From NCBI GenBank assembly GCA_964355955.1, contig CAYHFQ010000003.1, forward strand, positions 31,777 to 95,776: 64,000 bases of DNA, given 5' to 3'. The notes below the pieces were generated by a model, which was given only the letters and a program-made list of their open reading frames with translations, searched no databases and was not told where the DNA came from. Every line of letters begins with the position of its first letter. Positions within the stretch are counted from its first letter, which is position 1. This document shows, one piece after another, positions 46,319 through 55,198 of this stretch. The DNA is from an uncultured Gammaproteobacteria bacterium. Lineage in GTDB: Bacteria; Patescibacteriota; Patescibacteriia; UBA9934. Made by a program: the position numbers and the translations under genes.

Positions 46319-48604
46319 ATGTCTAAACTTGTCATTGTCGAGTCCCCTACTAAAGCTAAAACCATTACCAAATTTTTAGGGAAAGAATTCACAATTCTTT
46401 CTTCTTTTGGTCATATTCGTGACTTGCCGAAGAAGTCCACAGCGGTCGACGTCGAGCATGGCTTTACGCCAACTTACGAAGTGCCGGTAGATAAAAAGGC
46501 CAAGGTGACGGCACTCAAACAAGCGGCTAAGGGTGTGGATGAAGTCTACCTCGCAACCGACGAAGACCGTGAAGGAGAAGCTATTGCCTGGCATATTGCC
46601 GAGGTACTTAAGCTCGATGTGGCGACCGCTAAGCGTATTACTTTCCACGAAATTACCAAGGCCGCGATTGTGAACGCGGTGGAGCATCCGAGGACCATCG
46701 ACATGAACATGGTCAACGCCCAGCAGACACGTCGAATTCTTGACCGCTTGGTGGGTTACGAGTTGTCACCTTTATTGTGGAAGAAAGTACAACGCGGACT
46801 CTCGGCTGGACGTGTGCAGAGCGTGGCCGTGCGTTTAGTTGTTGAACGTGAGCTAGAACGTAATGCTTTTAAGAGCGGCGAATACTGGACGATTGAAGCG
46901 ACGTTTGAGAAAGACGGCGCCGTGCTGGAAGCCAAGTTGAATAGCATCGACGGTAAGAAGCTGGAGAAGCTCGATATCAAAAATGAGGCCGACGCGAAGA
47001 GAATTGTCGACGATGTTACCGGTGCCAGCTTTGTTGTCGATAAGATTGAGTTGAAAGATGCGTCGCGTAAACCGCCGATCCCTCTCACGACGTCGAGCTT
47101 GCAGCAGGATGCTTACAACCGCTTAGGCATGAGCGCTAAGCAGACCATGACCTTGGCGCAGAAGTTGTACGAAACGGGTAAGATCACTTACATGCGTACT
47201 GACTCCCAGAATTTGGCGGAGCAGTTTACCGGTGCCACGCAAGAATATTTGAAGACGACGTTCGGCGCTGAATACGCTAAGGGTGCAGTTAAATATGCCA
47301 CCAAGAGCAAGGGTGCCCAGGAAGCACACGAAGCCATTCGTCCGACTGATGTGACGGCCACGCCAGAGAGCTTGCAAGCGAGTCTCGAAAGCGGTGAATG
47401 GAAACTGTACGATTTGATTTGGCGTCGCACGGTGGCGAGCCAGATGCCAAGCGCTAAGATGCGTCGAACGGCTGTCGACCTATTGGGCAACAAACATATT
47501 TTCCGCGTGAACGGCAGCACAGTGGTCTTCCCTGGCTTCATGAAAGTGTGGCAAGCGAGCGAGGACAAGTTGTTGCCGGTAATGGCACAAGGTGACGTGA
47601 TTGGTGAAGCCAAGGAGATCAAGCCGGAACAACACTTCACCGAACCAGCCGCCCGTTACAGTGATGCGACTTTAATTAAGGCCTTGGAAGAATACGGCAT
47701 TGGCCGCCCTTCCACTTACGCCCCAACTTTGACGACGATTATTGACCGTGGCTATGTGCTGCGCGACGACAATAAAAAGCTCTTCCCGTCCGACATTGCC
47801 ATCATCGTAACGGATTTGCTGAAGACGCATTTCCCCAATATCGTCGGCTATGATTTTACGGCAGACATGGAAGGTAAACTCGACGAGGTCGCCGAGGGCA
47901 AACAAGACTGGCAGAAGATTTTGGGCGACTTTTATGGTCCGTTCCATGCCCAGATCGTGGAAAAGACTGGCGACTTGAGCCGAGCTGACGTGATGAAGGA
48001 GAAGAGCTTGGGCTTCGACCCGGCTGATGGGCTCGAAATTATCGTGCGAACTGGACGTTTTGGACCTTATGTACAGCGCGGTATTGTGAGTGATGAGAAC
48101 CCGAAACCGCCACGAGCGTCTTTAACGAAAGATCAGCTGATGGATACTATTACCCTCGACCAGGCTTTGAAGTTGCTCTTGCTTCCCCGCTTGGTTGGTA
48201 AGCACACGAATGGCGAAGACATCATTGCCAACCTCGGTCGCTTTGGCCCGTACTTAAAGTGTGGCAGCGTCAACATTACTTTGCCGCCGGAAGATCACCC
48301 AGCCGAAGTCAGCCTCGAACGCGCCATTCAGATTTGTACGGAAGGCATCGCTAAAAAGGCGGCGGCGATGAAACCGCTGGCAGAACTTGGAACCGATCCG
48401 ACGAGTAAAGGTGAGATTGTTATTCGCAGCGGACGCTTTGGTGATTATATTACCGACGGCAAGACCAACGTGACGGTGCCAAAGAAAATTACCTGGCAAG
48501 ACGTGACGCCCGAGATGGCGATTGAGATGCTCACGAAGAAGCGAGCGTCGCCAAAGAAGGCTTGGGGGAAGAGAAAAAAGAAGAGTGACGATAGTGAGGA
48601 ATAA
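46319..48604 (+). CDS. topA: DNA topoisomerase I
   Basis: VESPTKAK, DEDREGE, SAGRVQS, ITYMRTD; C-terminal GRFGPY repeats. Confidence 0.97.
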   Translation: MSKLVIVESPTKAKTITKFLGKEFTILSSFGHIRDLPKKSTAVDVEHGFTPTYEVPVDKKAKVTALKQAAKGVDEVYLATDEDREGEAIAWHIAEVLKLDVATAKRITFHEITKAAIVNAVEHPRTIDMNMVNAQQTRRILDRLVGYELSPLLWKKVQRGLSAGRVQSVAVRLVVERELERNAFKSGEYWTIEATFEKDGAVLEAKLNSIDGKKLEKLDIKNEADAKRIVDDVTGASFVVDKIELKDASRKPPIPLTTSSLQQDAYNRLGMSAKQTMTLAQKLYETGKITYMRTDSQNLAEQFTGATQEYLKTTFGAEYAKGAVKYATKSKGAQEAHEAIRPTDVTATPESLQASLESGEWKLYDLIWRRTVASQMPSAKMRRTAVDLLGNKHIFRVNGSTVVFPGFMKVWQASEDKLLPVMAQGDVIGEAKEIKPEQHFTEPAARYSDATLIKALEEYGIGRPSTYAPTLTTIIDRGYVLRDDNKKLFPSDIAIIVTDLLKTHFPNIVGYDFTADMEGKLDEVAEGKQDWQKILGDFYGPFHAQIVEKTGDLSRADVMKEKSLGFDPADGLEIIVRTGRFGPYVQRGIVSDENPKPPRASLTKDQLMDTITLDQALKLLLLPRLVGKHTNGEDIIANLGRFGPYLKCGSVNITLPPEDHPAEVSLERAIQICTEGIAKKAAAMKPLAELGTDPTSKGEIVIRSGRFGDYITDGKTNVTVPKKITWQDVTPEMAIEMLTKKRASPKKAWGKRKKKSDDSEE

Positions 48605-48672
48605 GAAGTAGGCGGGGCGCAGTGTCCTCGCCTATTGTTATAAAACGGTTTTTGGCCTATTCTGAGAAGAGT

Positions 48673-50142
48673 ATGCAGATGCCTTCGTTTGATGATTTAA
48701 AGGTGGTACTCGACGCGAGATACAGCGAGTTTGATTTGATTTTGCTGCAAACGGCGTATGAATATGCCAAGCTAGCACATGAGGGGCAAACAAGGAGTAC
48801 GGGTGAGCCGTATTTTAATCACGTTTTTCAGACGGCCGTTAAGCTGGCTAAGTTGCGTTTGCCGAGTGAAGTAATTGCAGCTGGGTTGTTGCATGATGTA
48901 CCGGAGGATACGGAGAGAACGCTCGAGGATGTAGAAAAAGAATTCGGGGCAGATATTGCCGGCATGGTGGCGAGTTGTACCAAGCTCGGTAAAGTTAAGT
49001 ACCGCGGTGAGGAGCGTTACATTGAAAACCTGCGCAAGATGTTCGTGGCGATGGCGGAGGACGTGCGCGTCATCTTCATTAAGTTTGCGGACCGCATGCA
49101 CAACATGGAGACGCTGTATGCCCGGCCGGAGCATAAGCGTTTGCGGATTGCCAAGGAGGTAATGGAGATTTACGCCCCGATCGCTAATAGGCTAGGCATG
49201 GCGGAATATCGTGGTCAATTTGAGGACCATGCTTTTAAGTACCTCTTCCCTCGCGACTACACTTGGACCCAGCATTTACTCGAGGAGCGTGTGCGTAAAT
49301 TTGGGCCGGCCATGAACCGCGCCATTCCGACGGTGGAAAAAGAGTTGAAGGATCATAACGTCAACTATGTCGACATCCACGGCCGGATGAAACATTGTTA
49401 TAGCCTATATAAGAAGCTCAAAAAATACGGTAATGACATCGACAAAGTGTACGACATTGTGGCCTTGCGGATAATTGTGCCCAGTGTGGCCGACTGTTAT
49501 GCCGCGCTTGGCATTCTACATAGCCTGTACACGCCGCTCCCCGGTCGTATTAAGGATTATATCGCGCAACCTAAACCAAACGGTTATAGCTCACTCCACA
49601 CCACCGTGTTTGACGACCAAGGGGCAATTGTCGAGTTTCAAATACGCACGCAGCAGATGCACGAGGAGGACGAGTACGGTATTGCCGCGCACTGGCGGTA
49701 TAAAGAAGGGTCGGCCAAGAACAAGCACGTCACCTGGATGGAAGAGTTCGCTAAAATTCAAAAAGAAATTAGCGGCGATACTTTCATGGACCATTTGGAC
49801 AACATGAAGCTCGACATGTTCCGCGACCGCATCTTCGTGTTCACGCCCCGGGGCGACGTGATTGACTTACCGGAGGATTCGACGCCTGTTGATTTTGCTT
49901 ACGCTGTCCACACCGACATCGGTAATAAAACGACGATGGCGCAAGTGAACCGGGTCGTCGCGCCGCTCGACACTCCGCTCAAAAGTGGCGATGTAGTGGA
50001 AATTGTGACTGACAAAAATCGTAAGCTGCCGAACGAGGATTGGCTGCGTTTTGTGAAGACGCACCAGGCGCGGGAGAAAATAAAAGACGCGCTCCGAGCC
50101 ACGAAGCGGTCGTTTATTTCGAAGATGTTGGGGCGGAGTTAA
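48673..50142 (+). CDS. RelA/SpoT family (p)ppGpp synthetase/hydrolase (HD, SYNTH, TGS)
   Basis: LLHDVPED, KFADRMHN, KDYIAQPKPNGY.SLH, EFQIRT, DFAYAVH. Confidence 0.94.
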   Translation: MQMPSFDDLKVVLDARYSEFDLILLQTAYEYAKLAHEGQTRSTGEPYFNHVFQTAVKLAKLRLPSEVIAAGLLHDVPEDTERTLEDVEKEFGADIAGMVASCTKLGKVKYRGEERYIENLRKMFVAMAEDVRVIFIKFADRMHNMETLYARPEHKRLRIAKEVMEIYAPIANRLGMAEYRGQFEDHAFKYLFPRDYTWTQHLLEERVRKFGPAMNRAIPTVEKELKDHNVNYVDIHGRMKHCYSLYKKLKKYGNDIDKVYDIVALRIIVPSVADCYAALGILHSLYTPLPGRIKDYIAQPKPNGYSSLHTTVFDDQGAIVEFQIRTQQMHEEDEYGIAAHWRYKEGSAKNKHVTWMEEFAKIQKEISGDTFMDHLDNMKLDMFRDRIFVFTPRGDVIDLPEDSTPVDFAYAVHTDIGNKTTMAQVNRVVAPLDTPLKSGDVVEIVTDKNRKLPNEDWLRFVKTHQAREKIKDALRATKRSFISKMLGRS

Positions 50143-50220
50143 AAACAGAAACGCACCCAGGGGCGATGCGCTCTGCCGGAGTGAATCCGGAGGCGTCATC
50201 GCACACTGGGTGCGAGAGGT

Positions 50221-50703
50221 TCAGTCGACGTTGATGTCGCGCTCGTCCACGTCACCAGTCCAACGATGCAACTCGGTTCGCCAGTCATGATCCTGGTCGA
50301 ATTGACGGTTGCAAGCGGAGCAGCGACAGTGCCGGATCAACCAGTCGCGGTCGTGAACGTGGGCCGCGAAGTCGGTGGGCAACTGCTCGAGTTCCTCGAG
50401 CAAGGTGGTGTAGGCGCTGTCGAACAGACAACGAGCCTCGGAGGTAAGCGCGGTCAGAATGCTCATGCTGATCCGCATGAGCCTGCCCTCGTCGGTCTTC
50501 AACTTGAGGCACGACTTGTAGGTGAGGAGCGCGACACGGTAGCAGTTGCTCCAGTAGACGTCGAGCCCGGCGTCGAAGGCGGCGTCGTAGCTCTCCAACC
50601 GTCCGGCTGGAGCCTCAGCGAGCGTCTTCAGCACGTCCTTGGCGTACGGCGTCTGAGGACAGCAGCCGAACCGGGAGTAGATGAGATGAGCGGGAACAGT
50701 CAT
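50221..50703 (-). CDS. Cys-rich orphan cassette gene (160 aa)
   Basis: Start MTVPAH with AGGAG SD; promoter TTGACA-17-TATCAT at 50760-50788; long hairpin plus U-tract at 50141-50214; HCRCSAC motif. Confidence 0.7.
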   Translation of the reverse strand: MTVPAHLIYSRFGCCPQTPYAKDVLKTLAEAPAGRLESYDAAFDAGLDVYWSNCYRVALLTYKSCLKLKTDEGRLMRISMSILTALTSEARCLFDSAYTTLLEELEQLPTDFAAHVHDRDWLIRHCRCSACNRQFDQDHDWRTELHRWTGDVDERDINVD

Positions 50704-50819
50704 GGTGGACTCCTGTAGAGAGGTGGGAGGTGGCGCTGGCGGGTTGCCAACGACCTGAAATGATAACAAAAAAGAGGCCTTTTGTCAAGGTCTCTTGCCT
50801 GTTTTGTGGCTAACCCTAG

Positions 50820-51746
50820 CTAAGTTAAATGTTCGATGAGGGCCTTCAAGTCGTCCTTGGAGTAGAAGTGAATGATCACCTGGCCGCTGGCTTGGGTGGT
50901 CATTTTGATTTCTACTTTGGTGCCGATTTTCTCGCGGAGTTCGCGCTCGATGGCTTCTAGGTTAGGGTCACGGAAAAGGTGGGGCTGACGGACGTGGGCC
51001 CTAACGGTGCGTTCGGCTTCACGGATGCTGACGCCGCCTTTCAGCATGCGTTCAAAGAGGTCGCGTTGACGGGCGACGTTGCCTTCTTGCAACAAGGTGC
51101 GGCCGGCGGATTTGCTGATTTTACCTTCTTTGATGGCGGTTAGAATATCATCCGGCAAATCGAGCAAGCGGAGAGCATTCGTAATAAAGGGACGACTCTT
51201 GCCGACGCGTTCCGCCATCTCCTCTTGACTCAAACCAAAGTCCTCCATGAGGGCTTTGTAGGCCAAGGCTTCTTCGACCGGATTCAAGTCCGAGCGCTGC
51301 ACGTTCTCGATGATGGCGAGTTCGAGCTTTTCGCGATCAGTAGCTTCGCGGACGACGACTGGCACGGTTGCCAGGCCGGCAATAGCGGAGGCACGCAAAC
51401 GGCGTTCACCAGCGATGAGTTCGTACTGGCCGTTACCCTTGTCCGTCACTGTGAGAGGCTGCAAAATGCCGTGCTCACGAATGCTGTTAGCCAAGTCGCT
51501 CAGTTCTTCGGGCGTGAATTCGCGGCGAGGCTGACGTGGGTTCGGGACGATTTGTGAAGGAGAAACGTGAATGAGGCGCAGGCCCTCGTCGACCACGCTT
51601 TCTAAAACATTTGGTTGTTCAACACGGGACTCGATAATTGGAGTTTCAGTGGCGACGGTTGGTGACTGAGTTGGCGCGTGAGCTGGGGTCATTTGAGGAA
51701 TCAACGAGCCGAGTCCCCTGCCTAGTCCACCGAATTGTTTGGCCAT
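50820..51746 (-). CDS. parB: ParB/Spo0J partition protein
   Basis: GLGRGLGSL, NPRQPR, IAGERRLRA, ENVQRSDL. Confidence 0.96.
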   Translation of the reverse strand: MAKQFGGLGRGLGSLIPQMTPAHAPTQSPTVATETPIIESRVEQPNVLESVVDEGLRLIHVSPSQIVPNPRQPRREFTPEELSDLANSIREHGILQPLTVTDKGNGQYELIAGERRLRASAIAGLATVPVVVREATDREKLELAIIENVQRSDLNPVEEALAYKALMEDFGLSQEEMAERVGKSRPFITNALRLLDLPDDILTAIKEGKISKSAGRTLLQEGNVARQRDLFERMLKGGVSIREAERTVRAHVRQPHLFRDPNLEAIERELREKIGTKVEIKMTTQASGQVIIHFYSKDDLKALIEHLT

Positions 51747-51755
51747 AAATCTACT

Positions 51756-52535
51756 TTATTGTTGAACAGGTGCGACGTCCTCACGGGTAACGAATTCTCG
51801 AGCGAGTCTCTCGTAAGCCTTGGCGGCCTTGCTTTCGGGGTCGTAGTGCAGAATTGATTTGCCGAAGCTCGGGGCTTCAGCCAGGCGAATGCTGCGCGGA
51901 ATGACAGAGCGGAAGATCTTGCCTGGGAAGTGTTTGTAGAGTTCTTGGAGAACTTGATTCGAGAGATTGGTGCGGGTGTCGAACATGGTGATGACCGCGC
52001 CCATGACCTCCAGTTCCGGTTTTAAGTTGGTGCGGATGAGGTTGACGGTGTGCATGAGTTGGCCGATGCCTTCGAGCGCGTAGTACTCGGCTTGCACAGG
52101 AATGAGGACGCTATCGCTGGCGACTAGGCCGTTGATGGTGAGGAGGCCGAGGGATGGCGGGTTGTCGATAATGATGTAGTCGTAGTCGTTCCGCACCTCC
52201 AGCAAGGCTTTGGCGAGTTTGTGCTCGCGGTTGAATTCGTTGACCAGTTCCACAGAACTGCCGGCCAAGTTGGCGCTGCCAGGCAGAATAGAGAGGCCGT
52301 CGTGGGCGGTGGCAATGATGACGTCCTTGGCTTTTTGGGAACCTGAGATGACTTCGTAAGTACCCATGAGGTCGCTGACGTCGTGGCCGAAGCCGCTCGT
52401 GGCGTTGCCCTGTGGGTCAAGGTCTACTAACAAAACACGTTTGCCAAAACTGGCAAGATAAGCAGATAAATTGATGGATGTGGTGGTTTTGCCCACCCCA
52501 CCCTTTTGGTTCACGACGGAGACGATATAGGCCAT
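51756..52535 (-). CDS. parA: ParA/Soj ATPase
   Basis: NQKGGVGKTT, DLDPQGN, RLAEAPSFG. Confidence 0.96.
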   Translation of the reverse strand: MAYIVSVVNQKGGVGKTTTSINLSAYLASFGKRVLLVDLDPQGNATSGFGHDVSDLMGTYEVISGSQKAKDVIIATAHDGLSILPGSANLAGSSVELVNEFNREHKLAKALLEVRNDYDYIIIDNPPSLGLLTINGLVASDSVLIPVQAEYYALEGIGQLMHTVNLIRTNLKPELEVMGAVITMFDTRTNLSNQVLQELYKHFPGKIFRSVIPRSIRLAEAPSFGKSILHYDPESKAAKAYERLAREFVTREDVAPVQQ

Positions 52536-52586
52536 AAGGATAGGAGGAGTATAGCAAATAAAATACCGCGACGACAGGGCTCGGAA

Positions 52587-52874
52587 CTAAGCCAAAAAAT
52601 TGCTCTTATTTCTATAGCGAAAAGCAAGTAGGGCGTAAATTGCCACAAGAATTGTGTAGACGAGGCCGCCGGCGATTAGCGGGAGATCTGCTACGGCGAT
52701 GTATTTGAGCTGAAAGAGAATGGCGGCGGCGAGTCTGACAGTGACGCCTTGCGCAGATACGTCACGAGATGACCGTGTTTTGAGAAGACGACGGATTTGG
52801 AAGATGAGGTCGACGTAAAAGAAGCCGTAGCCTAGGGCGAGTGCGAGATTTTCGAAGTGCATATTAAGTATCAT
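52587..52874 (-). CDS. PQ-loop/SemiSWEET-like small membrane protein
   Basis: FQIRRLLKTRSSRDVS; three TM segments. Confidence 0.65.
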   Translation of the reverse strand: MILNMHFENLALALGYGFFYVDLIFQIRRLLKTRSSRDVSAQGVTVRLAAAILFQLKYIAVADLPLIAGGLVYTILVAIYALLAFRYRNKSNFLA

Positions 52875-53494
52875 ATTCCCCCTAAATCTCTAGAGATGGC
52901 GACATGAGCTAAATATCCGTCCATAATTTCCAAAGCGGCGGTGCGGAGAGATTGACGTTGGTCGACGCTGGCTACTAAGTCGCTCGGAACGATGACCTGG
53001 TAGCCTTCGGTAAAGGCTCGTTCGACGGCACCAAAAACGCAAACTTCCGTGTAAAGGCCGGTCACGATGATGGTTTCGATGTTATGTTGTTTGAGTAATG
53101 GCAATAGCTCGGCATTGCTGAAGATATCGTAATACTTTTTCTCGAGGACGACGTCGTCAGCTTGCGGTTGGATCTGGTAAAAGTCGTAGCCCTGACTGCC
53201 ACGCGCTAAACCAAACGGCCAGGTGGCGGCCCCACTTTCAGCACCGCTAGACAGCTTTTCTTGGAGATTACTAGGAGACTCTTCTTTGGAATTAACCATC
53301 TGACTGAATACGATCAATAAACCACGGCTCCGCATTTGATCAACGAAATCAATAAGCTGCGGCACCATCAGTCTAATCTGCTCAGTCCCCCACCCTAAGT
53401 TCTTAGCAAAAGCCCCGTCGTCGGCACAAAAGTCATTTTGGATGTCGAGTACGATGACAGCGGTTTTAGTGGGTTCGAAGTTGATCATAATCAA
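52871..53494 (-). CDS. Isochorismatase family cysteine hydrolase
   Basis: DIQNDF, EKKYYDIF, GLYTEVCV. Confidence 0.9.
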   Translation of the reverse strand: MIMINFEPTKTAVIVLDIQNDFCADDGAFAKNLGWGTEQIRLMVPQLIDFVDQMRSRGLLIVFSQMVNSKEESPSNLQEKLSSGAESGAATWPFGLARGSQGYDFYQIQPQADDVVLEKKYYDIFSNAELLPLLKQHNIETIIVTGLYTEVCVFGAVERAFTEGYQVIVPSDLVASVDQRQSLRTAALEIMDGYLAHVAISRDLGGI

Positions 53495-53569
53495 TTACTT
53501 CAATAATACAACGATCCTCATGGCGAACTTTTGGACGTCGTGCTTGGCCATGTTCCAAACAGCCGCGCG

Positions 53570-54520
53570 TTAACGGCGGCTTGGCCCTGATGGACGAAAC
53601 TCGCTTTCGATTTCACGCCGCTTCCCTTCTGTTATTTCAGCCCTGAGCTCCTTGAGTTTCTCGTCCCATATTTCGCGTCCATACTCATAAATACCAGACT
53701 CGCCGAGTGCGTTTCCGTATTCTTCCCCTGTAATACCGATGTCACTATATAAATTCGTCCCACCTGACTTAAACTCTTGCGCTACTCGAGCATTAATCCA
53801 GCCTTCTTTATCCTGCGCCAGCGGTTCCGCGAGTGCCGATTCCTGCATATATGTCTTTTGCTCATCAAGCGCATCGCTGCGTAAGGTTTCTAGCGCACCA
53901 TCCATTCTACTGATCGCGATCTCTATTTTAGACATCTCATCATCGGCGAAGGTGAAATATGCTGACATGAGATACGAGAAATCGCGTTCTTCAGCGTATG
54001 TATCGAAAGCTGCTTTATTATTCTCTTGCGTATATTCCGGTCCGCGAACAAAGGCACGAACTTTTCCGTCATGTGCACCAAATGGGTGTGCGCCTTCATG
54101 CATTATTACTTCCATTGGCCAACCACCGTCTGCGCGGATGGCAATATAAGAGGGTTGAAAAATGGCTGGATGAAAGATTCCTCCGAGTTTCGACCCGTCG
54201 GTTCCTGCGAATTTCCAGCCATCATCAGGATCAAGCGCAAAAACATTTCCCTCACTCTTTTTTTGTAAGACTAAATCAAAGGTTGCTTGCACGTCAGCGA
54301 CAAAATGATCCGCTCCTTTCTTGTTGCCGCCAAAGGCGAATTTTTCATCTGCTGATTTTCCAAGACTCTCCACAAAAGGAAGTGACGCCTCGATTTGGCT
54401 TAGGCGATCATCAAACACGATCTCTTCTGCCTCCGTAAGGTCGCGAATTGGGATGCCTTGGCAGGCGGCGGAACAAAGAGCCATGCCTAGTGCTAATGCC
54501 TGATGGGAATGTGTAGTCAT
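53570..54520 (-). CDS. Hypothetical protein, possible lipoprotein with HExxH
   Basis: LALGMALCSAAC N-terminus; IMHEGAH. Confidence 0.55.
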   Translation of the reverse strand: MTTHSHQALALGMALCSAACQGIPIRDLTEAEEIVFDDRLSQIEASLPFVESLGKSADEKFAFGGNKKGADHFVADVQATFDLVLQKKSEGNVFALDPDDGWKFAGTDGSKLGGIFHPAIFQPSYIAIRADGGWPMEVIMHEGAHPFGAHDGKVRAFVRGPEYTQENNKAAFDTYAEERDFSYLMSAYFTFADDEMSKIEIAISRMDGALETLRSDALDEQKTYMQESALAEPLAQDKEGWINARVAQEFKSGGTNLYSDIGITGEEYGNALGESGIYEYGREIWDEKLKELRAEITEGKRREIESEFRPSGPSRR

Positions 54521-54604
54521 AGTATACGCAAGTGTAGCAGACCTTAGGTGGCATTAGTAGGGTTTTATAACTACACTAAAAAAACAGCCCGGAGGCTGTT
54601 CTTT

Positions 54605-54681
54605 TGGTAGCTGGGGCGGGAATCGAACCCGCGACCTAAGGCTTATGAGTCCTTCGCTCTAACCGACTGAGCTACCCAGCT
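54605..54681 (-). tRNA. tRNA with CAT anticodon (elongator Met or Ile2)
   Basis: Cloverleaf with paired 1:72, loop CTCATAA, encoded CCA; terminator at 54578-54605. Confidence 0.9.
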
Positions 54682-54685
54682 ATGC

Positions 54686-54811
54686 TAGAACTTCCTGAAT
54701 TGGCCTATTTTGGGCTTGTCACTACGCCGACTTCCTCAACTCACGGCTCTAGTGAGTCTCGAAAGCTCGGCTTGTTCCGCACCCAAACTAGTCTCAATTC
54801 AGAAAGTTCTA
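54686..54811. repeat. Long imperfect hairpin in the tRNA 5' leader
   Basis: tagaactt.ctgaattg...caattcagaaagttcta; related short form at 38839-38868. Confidence 0.7.
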
Positions 54812-54927
54812 CTACAATTACGTGACTGTTTGCGGCGGTACTATAGCAAGTGTTAGGCTTTTTGACAAGCCGAGGGGTTGCCTAAATCGCCCCAGTTTGT
54901 TACTATTTTCCCGCGTTGAACTATCTG

Positions 54928-55013
54928 GCCGCGGTGGCGGAATGGTATACGCGACGGACTCAAAATCCGTTTCCCGCAAGGGATTGAGGGTTCGAGTCCC
55001 TCCCGCGGCACCA
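54928..55013 (+). tRNA. tRNA-Leu(CAA)
   Basis: ACGGA-CTCAAAA-TCCGT, long variable arm, CCA. Confidence 0.95.
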
Positions 55014-55043
55014 ATAATCTCTAGCTTTGCTAGGGATTTTTGT

Positions 55044-55072
55044 TTGACCAATTTCTCTAAATACGCTATTAT
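55044..55072 (+). promoter_or_regulatory. Sigma70 promoter TTGACC-17-TATTAT for tRNA-fMet
   Basis: Ends 5 nt before the tRNA. Confidence 0.7.
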
Positions 55073-55077
55073 CCCGT

Positions 55078-55154
55078 CGCAGGGTAGAGCAGCCCGGCAG
55101 CTCGTCGGGCTCATAACCCGAAGGTCGTCGGTTCAAATCCGACCCCTGCAACCA
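55078..55154 (+). tRNA. Initiator tRNA-fMet(CAT)
   Basis: C1:A72 mismatch, GGG/CCC anticodon stem, CCA; terminator hairpin at 55155-55183. Confidence 0.95.
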
Positions 55155-55198
55155 AAAGTCCCCCGCCTTGGCGGAGGATTTTTGTTTGTGATGAGTGG

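Noticed and set aside
50820-52535. Plasmid or prophage partition system; parS site
   Set aside because: Chromosomal Soj/Spo0J type among housekeeping genes; no canonical parS palindrome was noticed.
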